A DNA stretch of 47,860 nt from Usitatibacteraceae bacterium (GCA_046596005.1 JBKJMK010000286.1:1-47860); one strand, 5' to 3'; positions 26,576 through 37,038 are shown, counted from the first letter of the stretch. Numbers and translations are program-made. The notes: generated from the sequence alone by a model not told the origin.

Positions 26576-27472
26576 CTATGCGACTTCCTTTAATTTTTCA
26601 TGAATACCAGCCGCATGCATGGCTTCCAGCAAAAGGCCATGAAAGCTCGCGTCAAACGGCGTGAGGGGGAGGCGAATACCGGCATCGATCAAACCCATTT
26701 GGTGGAGCGCCCACTTTACCGGTATAGGATTGGATTCAAGGAACAACTGATTGTGCAACCCAAGCAGACGATTGTTGATCTCAATCGCCTTCTCACGTTC
26801 GCCCTTCCACGCCGCAACACACATTTCGTGCATCAGTCGTGGTGCAATATTTGCGGTGACTGAGATTGTGCCGTGTGCGCCTAAAAGCATGAGCGCCAAC
26901 GTGGAAACATCCTCGCCGGAATAAATTCCGAAATCCTTCGGTGCCCTTTTCAGCAGGTCAGCGCCACGCGCCATGCTCGCGGTTGCATCCTTGATACCGA
27001 CGACATTCGGGATTTCCGCCAACCGCAGTGTGGTGTCGTTGGCGAGATCCGCAACCGTTCGGCCCGGAACGTTGTACAAAATAATGGGAAGGTCGGTCGC
27101 CTCTGCGATCGCCCGGAAATGGCGGTACTGGCCCTCCTGGGTAGGCTTGTTGTAGTACGGCACTACCGAGAGTGCGTAATCGGCACCAGCGCGCTTGGCG
27201 AATTCGGTAAGGTGAATCGCTTCCTTGGTTGAATTGCCGCCTGTACCGGCAATCAATGGCACGCGTTTCGCGGTGTACTCCACCGCAGCTTTGATGAGCG
27301 ATTGATGCTCATTAAAATCAACGGTTGGTGATTCACCCGTTGTGCCGACGATGACAATGCCATCGGTACCCTCTGCAACATGCCAGTCGATGAGCGATTT
27401 CAGGCGCGCAAAATCGAGCGCGCCATCGGGCGACATTGGCGTAACAATCGCTACAAGGCTTCCAATCAGCAT
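26576..27472 (-). CDS. dapA: 4-hydroxy-tetrahydrodipicolinate synthase
   Basis: The internal ATG at 27472 gives [21 protein letters not shown]...[11 protein letters not shown]..., with the catalytic Lys region GIKDATAS. Confidence 0.92.
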   Translation of the reverse strand: MLIGSLVAIVTPMSPDGALDFARLKSLIDWHVAEGTDGIVIVGTTGESPTVDFNEHQSLIKAAVEYTAKRVPLIAGTGGNSTKEAIHLTEFAKRAGADYALSVVPYYNKPTQEGQYRHFRAIAEATDLPIILYNVPGRTVADLANDTTLRLAEIPNVVGIKDATASMARGADLLKRAPKDFGIYSGEDVSTLALMLLGAHGTISVTANIAPRLMHEMCVAAWKGEREKAIEINNRLLGLHNQLFLESNPIPVKWALHQMGLIDAGIRLPLTPFDASFHGLLLEAMHAAGIHEKLKEVA

Positions 27473-27553
27473 AGGGACATGAGGCAAATTCGGGCAATTG
27501 AGTATTTTAGCGTATCTAAGGTCTAAAAGCCGCATCACACGAGCAATCCTTAC

Positions 27554-28063
27554 TTAGCTCGTTGGGTGCACCGCCGCGATACGCTGCACTTTTGCGGGTT
27601 TTGGGGAATCTATAAAAATATCTTCAAAGGCAACTACTTGCAAGTGACCGCGAACAGCCTCGAGCAGTTCCCCAGGTTGGAGTAGAAAATCTGGGCGGGA
27701 TGGGCGACCGTACCTTTCGTTACCAGCAGAAAAAGTTTCATAGATGAATGCGCCGCCGGGTGCAACGCAGGCAATCAGTGTCGCCATCAGCGGGCGGTGA
27801 AGGTAATTCGTGACGATCACCCCCGAAAATTTTTTGCCCGGGTACGGCCATAATCCGGCTTCAATATCCGCTTCCCGCAAGCATACCGAAGGTGGCACTT
27901 CAACGAAGCCGTTAAGATCGCGGTCCACTGCGTCCACCCGGTGCCCGATCGAGGCAAAAAAACGTGCGTGCCGCCCCGCTCCGCAGGCGACATCCAATAC
28001 CCGACCGCCTTTGGGAATCAGGGAGGCGAAACGCATCACCCAAGGCGACAGGACGAGTTCCAT
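27554..28063 (-). CDS. Class I SAM-dependent methyltransferase
   Basis: 169 aa with the motif I sequence VLDVACGAGRHARFFAS. The substrate is unknown. Confidence 0.75.
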   Translation of the reverse strand: MELVLSPWVMRFASLIPKGGRVLDVACGAGRHARFFASIGHRVDAVDRDLNGFVEVPPSVCLREADIEAGLWPYPGKKFSGVIVTNYLHRPLMATLIACVAPGGAFIYETFSAGNERYGRPSRPDFLLQPGELLEAVRGHLQVVAFEDIFIDSPKPAKVQRIAAVHPTS

Positions 28064-28127
28064 ATGGTTCTAGCTGGCGCGAATAGTCATGTGCCAATCA
28101 TAAGCGAGGCTCTGCGATAATGCGCAT

Positions 28128-29390
28128 ATGAGCGAAAACAGTAAAAACACCATCAATCGCGAGCACTGCGCGTCGCTTGACGCCAACGATTTGCTACGCG
28201 AACGCCGCGAGCATTTCGACCTGCCTGAGCGAACAATCTATCTGGATGGAAATTCTCTCGGCGCGTTGCCGAAGCAGACAGCGGCGAGGATAGATGACTT
28301 GGTACGCAACGAATGGGGCCGCGACTTGATTCGTTCATGGAACAAACATGCCTGGCTCACGCTGCCGCAGCGCGTTGGCGGAAAGCTTGCACGGTTATTG
28401 GGTGCAGGTGACGATGAGATCATCATTGCCGACTCCACGTCGGTAAACATTTTCAAGCTGCTGGCAGGCGCGCTTGCGATGCAAGACGTCAAGCATCGAC
28501 GAGTGATTCTTTCCGAGCGCGGAAATTTTCCGTCCGACCTCTATATCGCTGAAGGCTTAAACGCCATGCTGGACGGAAAATATATACTGAAGCTGGTTGA
28601 CCATGGCGAGATTGAGGACGCGCTTGATGCAGATGTAGCGCTTGCACTGATTACGCAGGTTGACTATTGCTCCGGCAGTTTGCATGACATGGCGCGGTTG
28701 AACAAATGCGCAAAAATGGCCGGTACCCACATCGTGTGGGACCTGAGTCACAGCGCTGGTGCCATTGACCTGAAACTGAACCAACACGGTGCTGAACTCG
28801 CTGTCGGTTGCGGCTACAAATATCTCAACGGCGGGCCAGGCGCACCTGCTTTTGTCTATGTCGCAAAAGAGTTGCAGGCAAATTTTATGACACCCTTGTC
28901 AGGCTGGTTCGGCCATATGACGCCGTTCGCCTTCACAAATACCTACACACCTGCGCAGGGGATAAAACGCCTGCTATGTGGTACGCCCTCGGTAATCGCG
29001 ACGGTTGCTCTTGAATGCGGAATAGATACTTTTGACAGCATCACAATGAATTCCATCCGCAAGAAATCCCTGGCGCTATCCGCGCTTTTTCGCACCCTTG
29101 TCGATCAGGAGTGTGGGGGCTTCGGAATTAATTGCGTGACGCCGCACGAACCCTTGCAACGCGGCAGCCATCTTTCGTTTTCACATGAACACGCATATCC
29201 AATCATGCAAGCCATCATCGACCGCGGCGTTATCGGCGACTTTCGGCAACCGAACCTGATGCGCTTCGGATTCGCGCCTTTGTATATACGCTTTGTCGAC
29301 TGTTGGGATGCCGCCGCTGTATTGCGTGAAGTGCTGTTAAGCGGTGCGTGGAACTCAGAAAAATATCACCTGCAAAATGCCGTAACCTGA
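28128..29390 (+). CDS. kynU: Kynureninase
   Basis: 420 aa, YLDGNSLGALPKQTAARIDDLVRNEWGRDLIRSWN...CGYKYLNGGPGAPAF, a PLP fold-type I kynureninase pattern. Confidence 0.85.
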   Translation: MSENSKNTINREHCASLDANDLLRERREHFDLPERTIYLDGNSLGALPKQTAARIDDLVRNEWGRDLIRSWNKHAWLTLPQRVGGKLARLLGAGDDEIIIADSTSVNIFKLLAGALAMQDVKHRRVILSERGNFPSDLYIAEGLNAMLDGKYILKLVDHGEIEDALDADVALALITQVDYCSGSLHDMARLNKCAKMAGTHIVWDLSHSAGAIDLKLNQHGAELAVGCGYKYLNGGPGAPAFVYVAKELQANFMTPLSGWFGHMTPFAFTNTYTPAQGIKRLLCGTPSVIATVALECGIDTFDSITMNSIRKKSLALSALFRTLVDQECGGFGINCVTPHEPLQRGSHLSFSHEHAYPIMQAIIDRGVIGDFRQPNLMRFGFAPLYIRFVDCWDAAAVLREVLLSGAWNSEKYHLQNAVT

Positions 29391-29408
29391 TAACAATTGA
29401 ACGAAATC

Positions 29409-30545
29409 ATGACCACACTCGCCCCAATCAAAATTGACTTTGACCTGCCGGTGCAGTTCCCCAGGCGCATGCAAATCACGCCGGGCGCGGCATGGGCCAA
29501 AGTGATGTCTGAACCGTCGCCGGTTGAACGAATTGAACTCAAGAACCGCATCAAACGCTTGCTAAAGGAGCTGAATGCGGTCCTGGTTGCCCACTATTAT
29601 GTGCATCCGGATTTGCAGGACCTGGCCGAGGAAACAGGTGGGTGTGTATCGGACTCGTTGGAAATGGCGCGCTTTGGCCGCGACCATCCAGCGCAGACGG
29701 TGGTGGTATGCGGCGTTCGTTTCATGGGCGAAACGGCGAAGATCCTCAACCCTGAGAAACGCGTGCTAATGCCAGAACTGGAAGCCGAATGCTCGCTCGA
29801 TCTTGGTTGTCCACCGGAGGAGTTCACGAAATTCTGTGATGAGTATCCGGACCGGACCGTTGTGGTTTACGCCAATACCAGCGCCGCTGTGAAGGCACGT
29901 GCCGACTGGATGGTTACCTCCAGTATCGGATTGAAAATCGTCGAGTATCTGCACGCCAAAGGCGAAAAAATTATCTGGGCCCCCGACCGGCATCTGGGCG
30001 CATACATTCAACGTGAAACGGGTGCTGACATGTTGATATGGCAAGCATCATGCATAGTCCACGATGAGTTCAAAGCGTTTGAGTTGGAAGAACTTAAAAA
30101 GCAACATCCTGACGCAATGGTGCTGGTTCATCCCGAGTCGCCTAAGGCTGTGATTGAACTGGCCGATGTGGTCGGTTCGACAACACAGATTATCCGCGCC
30201 GCGCAGTCGCTAACCGCCAATAAGTTCATCGTGGCGACCGACAAAGGTATCTTCCATAAAATGAAAGCCGCAGCACCCGGCAAAGTCTTCATCGAAGCGC
30301 CCACCGCAGGAAATTCCGCCACCTGCAAAAGCTGCGCGCATTGCCCATGGATGGCGATGAATGGCCTCGCCAATTTGGCGGAAGTACTGACCACCGGGAA
30401 GAATGAAGTCTACGTCGACGCCGACATTGGTCGTCGAGCCAAGCTTTCCATCGAACGCATGCTGGAATTCGCCAAGGGATTGGATCTGGCGAAAACTCCC
30501 GTCAAGAATGCTCCCGGGGGCAACAGCGGCATCGGACCCGCATAG
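29409..30545 (+). CDS. nadA: Quinolinate synthase NadA
   Basis: MTTLAPIK...[32 protein letters not shown]...[13 protein letters not shown]. The ORF track start 29397 is a TTG; ATG 29409 is preferred. Confidence 0.88.
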   Translation: MTTLAPIKIDFDLPVQFPRRMQITPGAAWAKVMSEPSPVERIELKNRIKRLLKELNAVLVAHYYVHPDLQDLAEETGGCVSDSLEMARFGRDHPAQTVVVCGVRFMGETAKILNPEKRVLMPELEAECSLDLGCPPEEFTKFCDEYPDRTVVVYANTSAAVKARADWMVTSSIGLKIVEYLHAKGEKIIWAPDRHLGAYIQRETGADMLIWQASCIVHDEFKAFELEELKKQHPDAMVLVHPESPKAVIELADVVGSTTQIIRAAQSLTANKFIVATDKGIFHKMKAAAPGKVFIEAPTAGNSATCKSCAHCPWMAMNGLANLAEVLTTGKNEVYVDADIGRRAKLSIERMLEFAKGLDLAKTPVKNAPGGNSGIGPA

Positions 30546-30721
30546 CAGCATTTTCTTGCGAATGCAGATACAGCGTCACAATTGTTGATGATTGCCGCTG
30601 GCAGGAATGTGCCGATGCTCTATGAGCAAAGCTAAGGCTGGGTTAGACTTAGGGAACAAATCATGGATACTTACAGCGCACCCAACATCAGATCAATTGG
30701 TCATCATAAACAACGCTTAAG

Positions 30722-31252
30722 ATGAGTAAAGACGTATTGAACACCAATGATGCCCCTGGCGCCCGCTCAGACGCTAGCGAAATTGACCCTGCTATTCTTG
30801 CTGAACTTACGCGCGCCATATTGCCTTATCTTGGCCCCTATTCCATCACGACTGTCAAACGCGCAAGCCGAACAACAACCGATGCCCACGAATTGATGCG
30901 CATGGTCGCACAGCACATTGATGATCTTGGCAAACGCGAGCTTTTCACACATAGCGCGAAGCGAATCCTCAGCGACATTCGCCCGGGCCCTCAACGTCCT
31001 CCGCCGACTTCGCGTGCCCAGCAGGTTAACACCGGCGGCAGGCCGGCAACTCCAATCACGCCAGAGCTGGCACGGCGCGGCGAAGCCGCACTCGCGCCTA
31101 TTATCGGTCCGCTTGCCAACGTGCTGGTGCACCGCTATGCAAAGGTCTCCGAGAATTCACGGGATTTTTTTGAACGCCTGGCAGGGCATTTGCGCTCAAC
31201 GGAGGAACGGAATACGTTTTTCGCCAATATCCGCGATGAAGGCGACGCGTGA
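30722..31252 (+). CDS. Hypothetical protein with an internally duplicated helical module
   Basis: 176 aa. Module 1 (ILAELTRAILPYLGPYSITTVKRA...ELMRMVAQHIDDLGKRELF) and module 2 (ELARRGEAALAPIIGPLANVLVHRY...DFFERLAGHLRSTEERNTFF) are separated by a Pro-rich linker (RPGPQRPPPTSR). Confidence 0.6.
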   Translation: MSKDVLNTNDAPGARSDASEIDPAILAELTRAILPYLGPYSITTVKRASRTTTDAHELMRMVAQHIDDLGKRELFTHSAKRILSDIRPGPQRPPPTSRAQQVNTGGRPATPITPELARRGEAALAPIIGPLANVLVHRYAKVSENSRDFFERLAGHLRSTEERNTFFANIRDEGDA

Positions 31253-31335
31253 ACACGCAAATAATCAGCTTCCCGTCGGTCGCTAAACAGACTTTCGCAG
31301 CAAACAAGTTTGTAAATTAAAAAGGAGAGCCCACC

Positions 31336-32028
31336 ATGGGCCTGAGACTCAAATTCAACCTGATGTTGCTCATCATATTCCTGGCAGGCTTCGCCACGGT
31401 TGGCGTCGTTGCAAAACGCTATCTTGAACATCAAGCCATTGATGATGCGAAGCGAGCGGCAATGGTCGTGCTTGATGCTGCAACTTTTGGCAAACTCGAT
31501 CCGCGTATCGCCTCCGGACTTGGATCGCAACTCGTCGACATGAAAATTCGTGAGTTTTTTCCCGACGAAAATCTGAGTGGCATTGAAGCACAGGTCGCGC
31601 AACGCTTGAAATCCAACAGTAGCGGCCAGATTGCGGAGGTGATCACCGCGCCGTCAGGCGCCCGGCGGCTTGCTGTGGCACGTATATTTCGTGCTGCTGA
31701 GACTGGTGTTGCTACGGTTCGATTAGCCAACATCGATCTCGCGCCGATCCTTACAAATGTAAACCTTGCCTTGACGACACTCATGAGCTCGATCGGTGCA
31801 GTGTTTTTTGCTGTGTTTTTTGTACTCAATTTGATGTTGGACCGGATGATCGTGAGACCGGTGGCGGAAATGGCGCTACAGGCAGACGCGGTGTCTATTG
31901 GCAATTTCGAGATTCCTGAATTCACGCCGAAATCAAAGGATGAGATCGGCGTGCTCGGTGTCGCGTTTAACCGTATGCGTCGTAGCACGGAAGAGGCGAT
32001 CAAATTATTGAAAGGTGCAAATTTTTAA
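31336..32028 (+). CDS. Membrane protein with periplasmic domain and HAMP domain, no output domain
   Basis: 230 aa preceded by the good RBS AAAGGAGAG. It has TM1 LMLLIIFLAGFATVGVVA, a loop of about 125 aa and TM2 SIGAVFFAVFFVLNLML. The HAMP region is IVRPVAEMALQADAVSIGNFE..SKDEIGVLGVAFNRM, after which the protein ends. Confidence 0.7.
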   Translation: MGLRLKFNLMLLIIFLAGFATVGVVAKRYLEHQAIDDAKRAAMVVLDAATFGKLDPRIASGLGSQLVDMKIREFFPDENLSGIEAQVAQRLKSNSSGQIAEVITAPSGARRLAVARIFRAAETGVATVRLANIDLAPILTNVNLALTTLMSSIGAVFFAVFFVLNLMLDRMIVRPVAEMALQADAVSIGNFEIPEFTPKSKDEIGVLGVAFNRMRRSTEEAIKLLKGANF

Positions 32029-32038
32029 CGGCTACTAT

Positions 32039-33175
32039 TTAACCGTGGTACAAATTGCTCTGGCGGTAACGCGCCTGCAAATGCCGTAGTCCGACCAGTA
32101 TTGCCGCGCTAGCCGGCAATGCGAGCAGCACGCCAAAAAATCCAAACACCTGCCCGAACGCCAGCAGCGCGAATAACACCGCGACGGGATGCAGCCCAAT
32201 ACGATCTCCGACCAGCCACGGCGTGACCGCAAAGCCTTCGATAAGCTGCCCGACGCCGAAAACCACCCATACCAGAGGCACCAGCGACGGAGCCTGCATC
32301 ACTGCTGCGATCGTTCCTAGCACCAGACCCGTTCCACTGCCGAGATAGGGCACGAATACGAGTAGGCCTGTGATTAACCCGACGGGCAACGCAAAGTTGA
32401 GGCCGACCAGCCACAGGCCTGTCACGTAGAAGACCGACATGATCAGCATCACGGAAATCTGGCCGCGCAAAAATTCTGACAGCACTGCGTCGATCTCGCG
32501 CGCGATAGTTGTGACGGTGGGATGGTATCGACGCGGGATGGAAGCATCAATATTTGCAACCAGAATGTCCCAATCGCGCAGCACGTAAAACAGCACGACA
32601 GGTATCAACAACAAATTAATCAGGAATCCAACCACCATCAGTCCGCCGCCGCCAACGGAGGCGAATACTTTCTTCGCGATTCCCGATGCATCGGACATGT
32701 TGTCGGTGATGAATTGACGAAACGATGACGAGTCGAGCGTGATAGAAACGCCTGCCTTATCATTGATCCACGGGATGACGCTGGTTTTGAGTTTTTCGAC
32801 GAACCCGGGAAATTCCGCTGTCAATTGCAGGATCTCTTTGTAGAACAACGGCACGACAATCAATAGCAGCAACACTATCGCAAGAAGTAACAGCAATACC
32901 GCGATCACCGTACCGATGGCACGCGACACACCGCGCGTTTCCAGTTTGTCAACAAGTGGATCAAAGATATAGGCAAGTATTACAGCGGCGAGGAACGGTG
33001 CCAAAATTGGCGAGAGCACCCACAGCATTGCACCAAAGGCCAGAAAAAATACGCCGAGCAGTGCAGCATTCCAATCGAGCCCGCCCTTCATTGCCGGTGT
33101 GCGCCGCGCACGTATCCGGCCGAGGAAGGCCGGCGTTGTGCCGGATCGTGCGTCATAGGGGCGGCGAGAGAACAT
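32039..33175 (-). CDS. AI-2E family transporter (PerM/YdiK-like permease)
   Basis: 378 aa, polytopic and hydrophobic throughout, with the typical C-terminal region GLHPVAVLFALLAFGQVFGFFGVLLALP. Alternative start at 33091 (MKGGLDWN). Confidence 0.8.
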   Translation of the reverse strand: MFSRRPYDARSGTTPAFLGRIRARRTPAMKGGLDWNAALLGVFFLAFGAMLWVLSPILAPFLAAVILAYIFDPLVDKLETRGVSRAIGTVIAVLLLLLAIVLLLLIVVPLFYKEILQLTAEFPGFVEKLKTSVIPWINDKAGVSITLDSSSFRQFITDNMSDASGIAKKVFASVGGGGLMVVGFLINLLLIPVVLFYVLRDWDILVANIDASIPRRYHPTVTTIAREIDAVLSEFLRGQISVMLIMSVFYVTGLWLVGLNFALPVGLITGLLVFVPYLGSGTGLVLGTIAAVMQAPSLVPLVWVVFGVGQLIEGFAVTPWLVGDRIGLHPVAVLFALLAFGQVFGFFGVLLALPASAAILVGLRHLQARYRQSNLYHG

Positions 33176-33259
33176 TTCCAGTAAAATCCTTATAACTGTG
33201 ACTCCGCATCGTAACTCATAACTGCGTCAGCCCGAAGTGGTGGCTTGCGCGCATTGGCC

Positions 33260-34303
33260 ATGACAAACTCTCCCGCTCCGCTGACCTACAAAGAGGCTGG
33301 CGTCGATATCGACGCTGGTGACCAGCTCGTCGAAAACATCAAGCCATTTGCCAAACGCACCATGCGCCCCGAAGTATTGGGCGGTATCGGCGGTTTCGGT
33401 GCGCTGGTGGAAGTATCAAAAAAATTCAAAAACCCGGTCATGGTGTCTGGTACTGACGGCGTAGGTACCAAACTCAAGCTTGCGTTTCACTTGAACAAGC
33501 ACGACACCGTCGGCCAGGATCTGGTCGCGATGAGCGTGAATGATATTTTGGTGCAAGGTGCTGAGCCAATTTTCTTTCTGGATTATTTCGCCTGCGGCAA
33601 ACTAGACGTCGCGATTGCAACCGATGTTGTCAAAGGTATTGCCTATGGGTGCGAACTAGCGGGTTGCGCGTTAATCGGTGGCGAAACGGCAGAGATGCCC
33701 TCGATGTACCCGGAAGGCGAATACGACCTTGCTGGATTCGCGGTAGGCCTGATCGACAAGGAAAATATCATCACTGGACGCAGCATCGAGCCAGGAGATG
33801 TCGTGCTGGGCCTGGCTTCAAGCGGCGCGCATTCAAACGGTTATTCGCTGATACGCAAAATCATCGAGCGATCCGGCGTTGATTTGCATGCCGCAAATAA
33901 CCAGCAACTGGCGCGCGATTTGTTGGCCCCCACGCGAATCTACGTAAAGCCGTTGCTCGCCTTGATAAATGCGCATCCGGGAATGGTAAAAGGCATGGCG
34001 CACATTACGGGTGGCGGCCTGACCGAGAATATTCCGCGCGTACTTCCCGCTGCCGTCACTGCTGTAGTCGACACAAAATCATGGATCGCACCGCCCGTGT
34101 TTGCGTGGCTTCAGCAACACGGCAAGGTAGATGCAGCCGAGATGGCGCGCACATTCAATTGCGGCATCGGCATGGTCGTGATCGTTGCCAAAACGCATGC
34201 AGCAGCAGCCAAGGCGCACTTGCAGGCTTCCGGCGAAAACGTCTTTATGATCGGCGAAATACGTGCGCGTGCGACGGGTGAAGCGCAGACTATCGTTGCG
34301 TGA
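33260..34303 (+). CDS. purM: Phosphoribosylformylglycinamidine cyclo-ligase (AIR synthetase)
   Basis: [28 protein letters not shown]...GGFGALV...[11 protein letters not shown]. Confidence 0.93.
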   Translation: MTNSPAPLTYKEAGVDIDAGDQLVENIKPFAKRTMRPEVLGGIGGFGALVEVSKKFKNPVMVSGTDGVGTKLKLAFHLNKHDTVGQDLVAMSVNDILVQGAEPIFFLDYFACGKLDVAIATDVVKGIAYGCELAGCALIGGETAEMPSMYPEGEYDLAGFAVGLIDKENIITGRSIEPGDVVLGLASSGAHSNGYSLIRKIIERSGVDLHAANNQQLARDLLAPTRIYVKPLLALINAHPGMVKGMAHITGGGLTENIPRVLPAAVTAVVDTKSWIAPPVFAWLQQHGKVDAAEMARTFNCGIGMVVIVAKTHAAAAKAHLQASGENVFMIGEIRARATGEAQTIVA

Positions 34304-34405
34304 TCAAATGCAAACTCTAGTACAGGCAAGGGTCACAAAGCATAAGTGGCCTGCAAATCGCGCCAGCATTGGATCTATCTTTATAGTTTCGGTGACATGT
34401 TTGCA

Positions 34406-35053
34406 ATGAAATCCATCGTGCTCCTGATTTCTGGTCGCGGCTCGAACATGGAAGCAATCTTCAATGCAGCGTTACCATTAAACATCAAGGCCGTCATCAG
34501 CAACCGTCCCGACGCGGGCGGTCTCGCGACGGCATCGCAACGCGGCGTAGCAACTCGCGTCGTGGATCACAAGGCGCACCCGACACGTCAGGCCTTCGAT
34601 AGCGCACTCGCGGAGTTGATCGACCAATTCGCACCCGACTACATCGTGCTTGCGGGCTTCATGCGCGTGCTGACAGAAGCATTTGTCGAACGCTACCCTA
34701 AACGCATCGTCAACATCCACCCTTCGCTACTGCCTGCATTCCCCGGCCTGCACACACACCAACGGGCGTTGGCCGGCGGCGTGAAAATTCACGGCACCAC
34801 CGTACACTTTGTCACATCGCAACTTGATCACGGTCCGATCATTATTCAAGCTGCGGTACCCGTCTTGCCCAGCGACGATGAAGACACGCTCGCCCGCCGC
34901 GTGCTGGTGCAGGAACACCGCATCTATCCACAAGCGCTGCGTTGGCTGGCCGAAAACAGGGTTGTGTTCACGGTTAACGATGTCGTCGAAATTCGTGGGC
35001 TGGACGTTCCTTCGAACATTGGGGATCACTACCTCCTCGTACCGAAAGAATAG
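34406..35053 (+). CDS. purN: Phosphoribosylglycinamide formyltransferase
   Basis: The internal ATG at 34406 gives MKSIVLLISGRGSNMEAI...NIHPSLLPAFPGLHTH...GTTVHFVTSQLDHGPII. Confidence 0.92.
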   Translation: MKSIVLLISGRGSNMEAIFNAALPLNIKAVISNRPDAGGLATASQRGVATRVVDHKAHPTRQAFDSALAELIDQFAPDYIVLAGFMRVLTEAFVERYPKRIVNIHPSLLPAFPGLHTHQRALAGGVKIHGTTVHFVTSQLDHGPIIIQAAVPVLPSDDEDTLARRVLVQEHRIYPQALRWLAENRVVFTVNDVVEIRGLDVPSNIGDHYLLVPKE

Positions 35054-35057
35054 ATTC

Positions 35058-35801
35058 ATGTTGCACCTTTTTGCAAAATCTCTTGCCGTCATCAGTCCGC
35101 TGCGCGCGCTGTTCGTCGCCATCGCCGTATGCGCGAGCATGGCGCATGCGGCCGGGTCCACCCCGACGCAGGTGAAGGCAACCTACAAGATTTACAAAGC
35201 CGGCATCTGGATCGGCACCATTGAAGAGCAGTTTGCGCGTGACGGCGAAAATTACAAGCTCGTTTCCGAAACTGAAACCGCCGGGCCGCTGCGCCTGTTC
35301 CTGCGTGACCACTTGACAGTAACGTCTGAAGGCACGGTAACGGCCGATGGCCTCAAGCCAACGAGCTACCAGTTCATGCGTCGCAACGACCAAAAGAAAA
35401 ATATTTCGGCGGTGTTTGACTGGGACAAGCGTCGGATCGTGTCCTATCACACAGGCGATAGTGAAATATTTGATTTGCCCTCAGGCACGCAGGATCGGCT
35501 CTCGGCGATGTATCAATTCATGTTTAGCATCCCGCGCACACCCGAAGTGAGCATGTGGATGAGTCAAGGCAAGAAAGCCGAGCTTTACCGCTATCGTAAG
35601 CGCGGCGAGCCAACACTGACAGTGAACAAGGAGAGCATCCCGACGGTGTACTACGCTCGCGAGGCGAAGGATGGCGAAGCCAGGGTACATCTTTGGCTGG
35701 GGACGGCAAAAGGGAAATATTCTTTGCCCGTGAAGATCGTCTTTGAAGACGAGAACGGTGCGTCCCTTGAGCAGATGCTGGTGTCACTGCATACTGAATA
35801 A
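35058..35801 (+). CDS. Secreted DUF3108-like protein
   Basis: ATG at 35058 gives a signal peptide (..AVCASMAHAAGS). The body KATYKIYKAGIWIGTIEEQFARDGENYKLVSETE...LPVKIVFEDENG resembles DUF3108. The long upstream ORF extension overlaps purN and is rejected. Confidence 0.7.
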   Translation: MLHLFAKSLAVISPLRALFVAIAVCASMAHAAGSTPTQVKATYKIYKAGIWIGTIEEQFARDGENYKLVSETETAGPLRLFLRDHLTVTSEGTVTADGLKPTSYQFMRRNDQKKNISAVFDWDKRRIVSYHTGDSEIFDLPSGTQDRLSAMYQFMFSIPRTPEVSMWMSQGKKAELYRYRKRGEPTLTVNKESIPTVYYAREAKDGEARVHLWLGTAKGKYSLPVKIVFEDENGASLEQMLVSLHTE

Positions 35802-35847
35802 TGCAACATTGGTCTGACACCAAGCTGACGAAGTCGCGCGGCGCGAT

Positions 35848-37020
35848 ATGACGCGATATCTGCACAATGAAACACAATCACTTTACTTGGCGAATTGGTT
35901 ACGCACCCATCGGGCGCTGCTGATCGCGCTTGGTTCATCGATAGCCGTGCATCTGATTACAACCTTGGGCACGCCCATCTGGTTAGGTGTGCGGCAACCG
36001 GCGACAGGTCAATTTAATGCCGTGTTGAGCCCTTTACCAGTGCTGGAATCAACCACGACAGCCGTCAACGTGCCGGTGCCTACTCGGGTCGAGCGAAAAG
36101 CTGCGCGTAAGCGTTCACCGCCGCCATTACCGACGCCAAAATCGGAAGCATCATTCGAGGCACCGGAAAACGCCATTGCGGCTTACCGTACCGCCCCCGG
36201 AGACGGAGCGGTGCCAAGCGTTGCCGGTGGAGATGCCGATGGCAAGGCCGCAGCTCAGCAAGCAACCCCGGTCGCGACTGCCATCGCGCCTGCAGGACCG
36301 GATGTAGCGCAGGCTGTCGCGGAGAAACCCGCGCCGTCAGTTGTGTCCTCCGCAGGGACGGAAGTGGCCCCAGCGCTGGATTTACCCAGCCGGGTCTCGA
36401 TTGCCTACAACGCCACCACCAGCGTCGCTGATGGCGTTGCTCATTACAAATGGAAGCGCGATGGCGACAAGTATGAATTTGTGAGCACCATTCAGGCAGA
36501 GGGGTTTTTTGTAAGTATGTTTGCCGGGACAATTACGCAACAAAGTAGCGGCAGCATAACAGCCACCGGCCTTGAACCTGCACTGTTTACGATTCGTCGC
36601 GGTGATCGGGCGGTCGAAACTGCGGAATTTCAACGTGCCACCAAAGAAGTCAAGCTCTCTCGCGGTGCCGAGTCCCGTCAAATCCCCATGCCACCGAACT
36701 TGCAGGACACCCAGAGTTTTCTATTTCAACTGGCAATTGAGGCGCCAAAATTGAAAACAGCCGAGGATCGGCTAACAATTTTGGTGACCAACGCTCGCGG
36801 ACTCAATCGGTATACCTTCAAAAAAGTGGGTGAATCAGCCTTGGAAACCCGTCTTGGCCCCGTTGAAACAATGCATTTAGTCCGCGAAACCAGTGAGACC
36901 CGCGACAGTTATGAGGTGTGGCTATCGCCCAAACATCACTACCTGCCGGTGAAGCTAAAGTTCTTCGTAGACCGCTTCCCAGCGGAATTGATTGCGACAA
37001 CCATCACCTCTACGCCATAA
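35848..37020 (+). CDS. Membrane-anchored DUF3108-like protein with Pro/Ala-rich linker
   Basis: 390 aa with an N-terminal TM (LLIALGSSIAVHLITTLG), a low-complexity linker of about 130 aa, and a C-terminal domain paralogous to the preceding gene (VAHYKWKRDGDKYEFVSTIQ...YLPVKLKFF). Confidence 0.7.
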   Translation: MTRYLHNETQSLYLANWLRTHRALLIALGSSIAVHLITTLGTPIWLGVRQPATGQFNAVLSPLPVLESTTTAVNVPVPTRVERKAARKRSPPPLPTPKSEASFEAPENAIAAYRTAPGDGAVPSVAGGDADGKAAAQQATPVATAIAPAGPDVAQAVAEKPAPSVVSSAGTEVAPALDLPSRVSIAYNATTSVADGVAHYKWKRDGDKYEFVSTIQAEGFFVSMFAGTITQQSSGSITATGLEPALFTIRRGDRAVETAEFQRATKEVKLSRGAESRQIPMPPNLQDTQSFLFQLAIEAPKLKTAEDRLTILVTNARGLNRYTFKKVGESALETRLGPVETMHLVRETSETRDSYEVWLSPKHHYLPVKLKFFVDRFPAELIATTITSTP

Positions 37021-37038
37021 TGTCGGGTTGAAGCTTTC

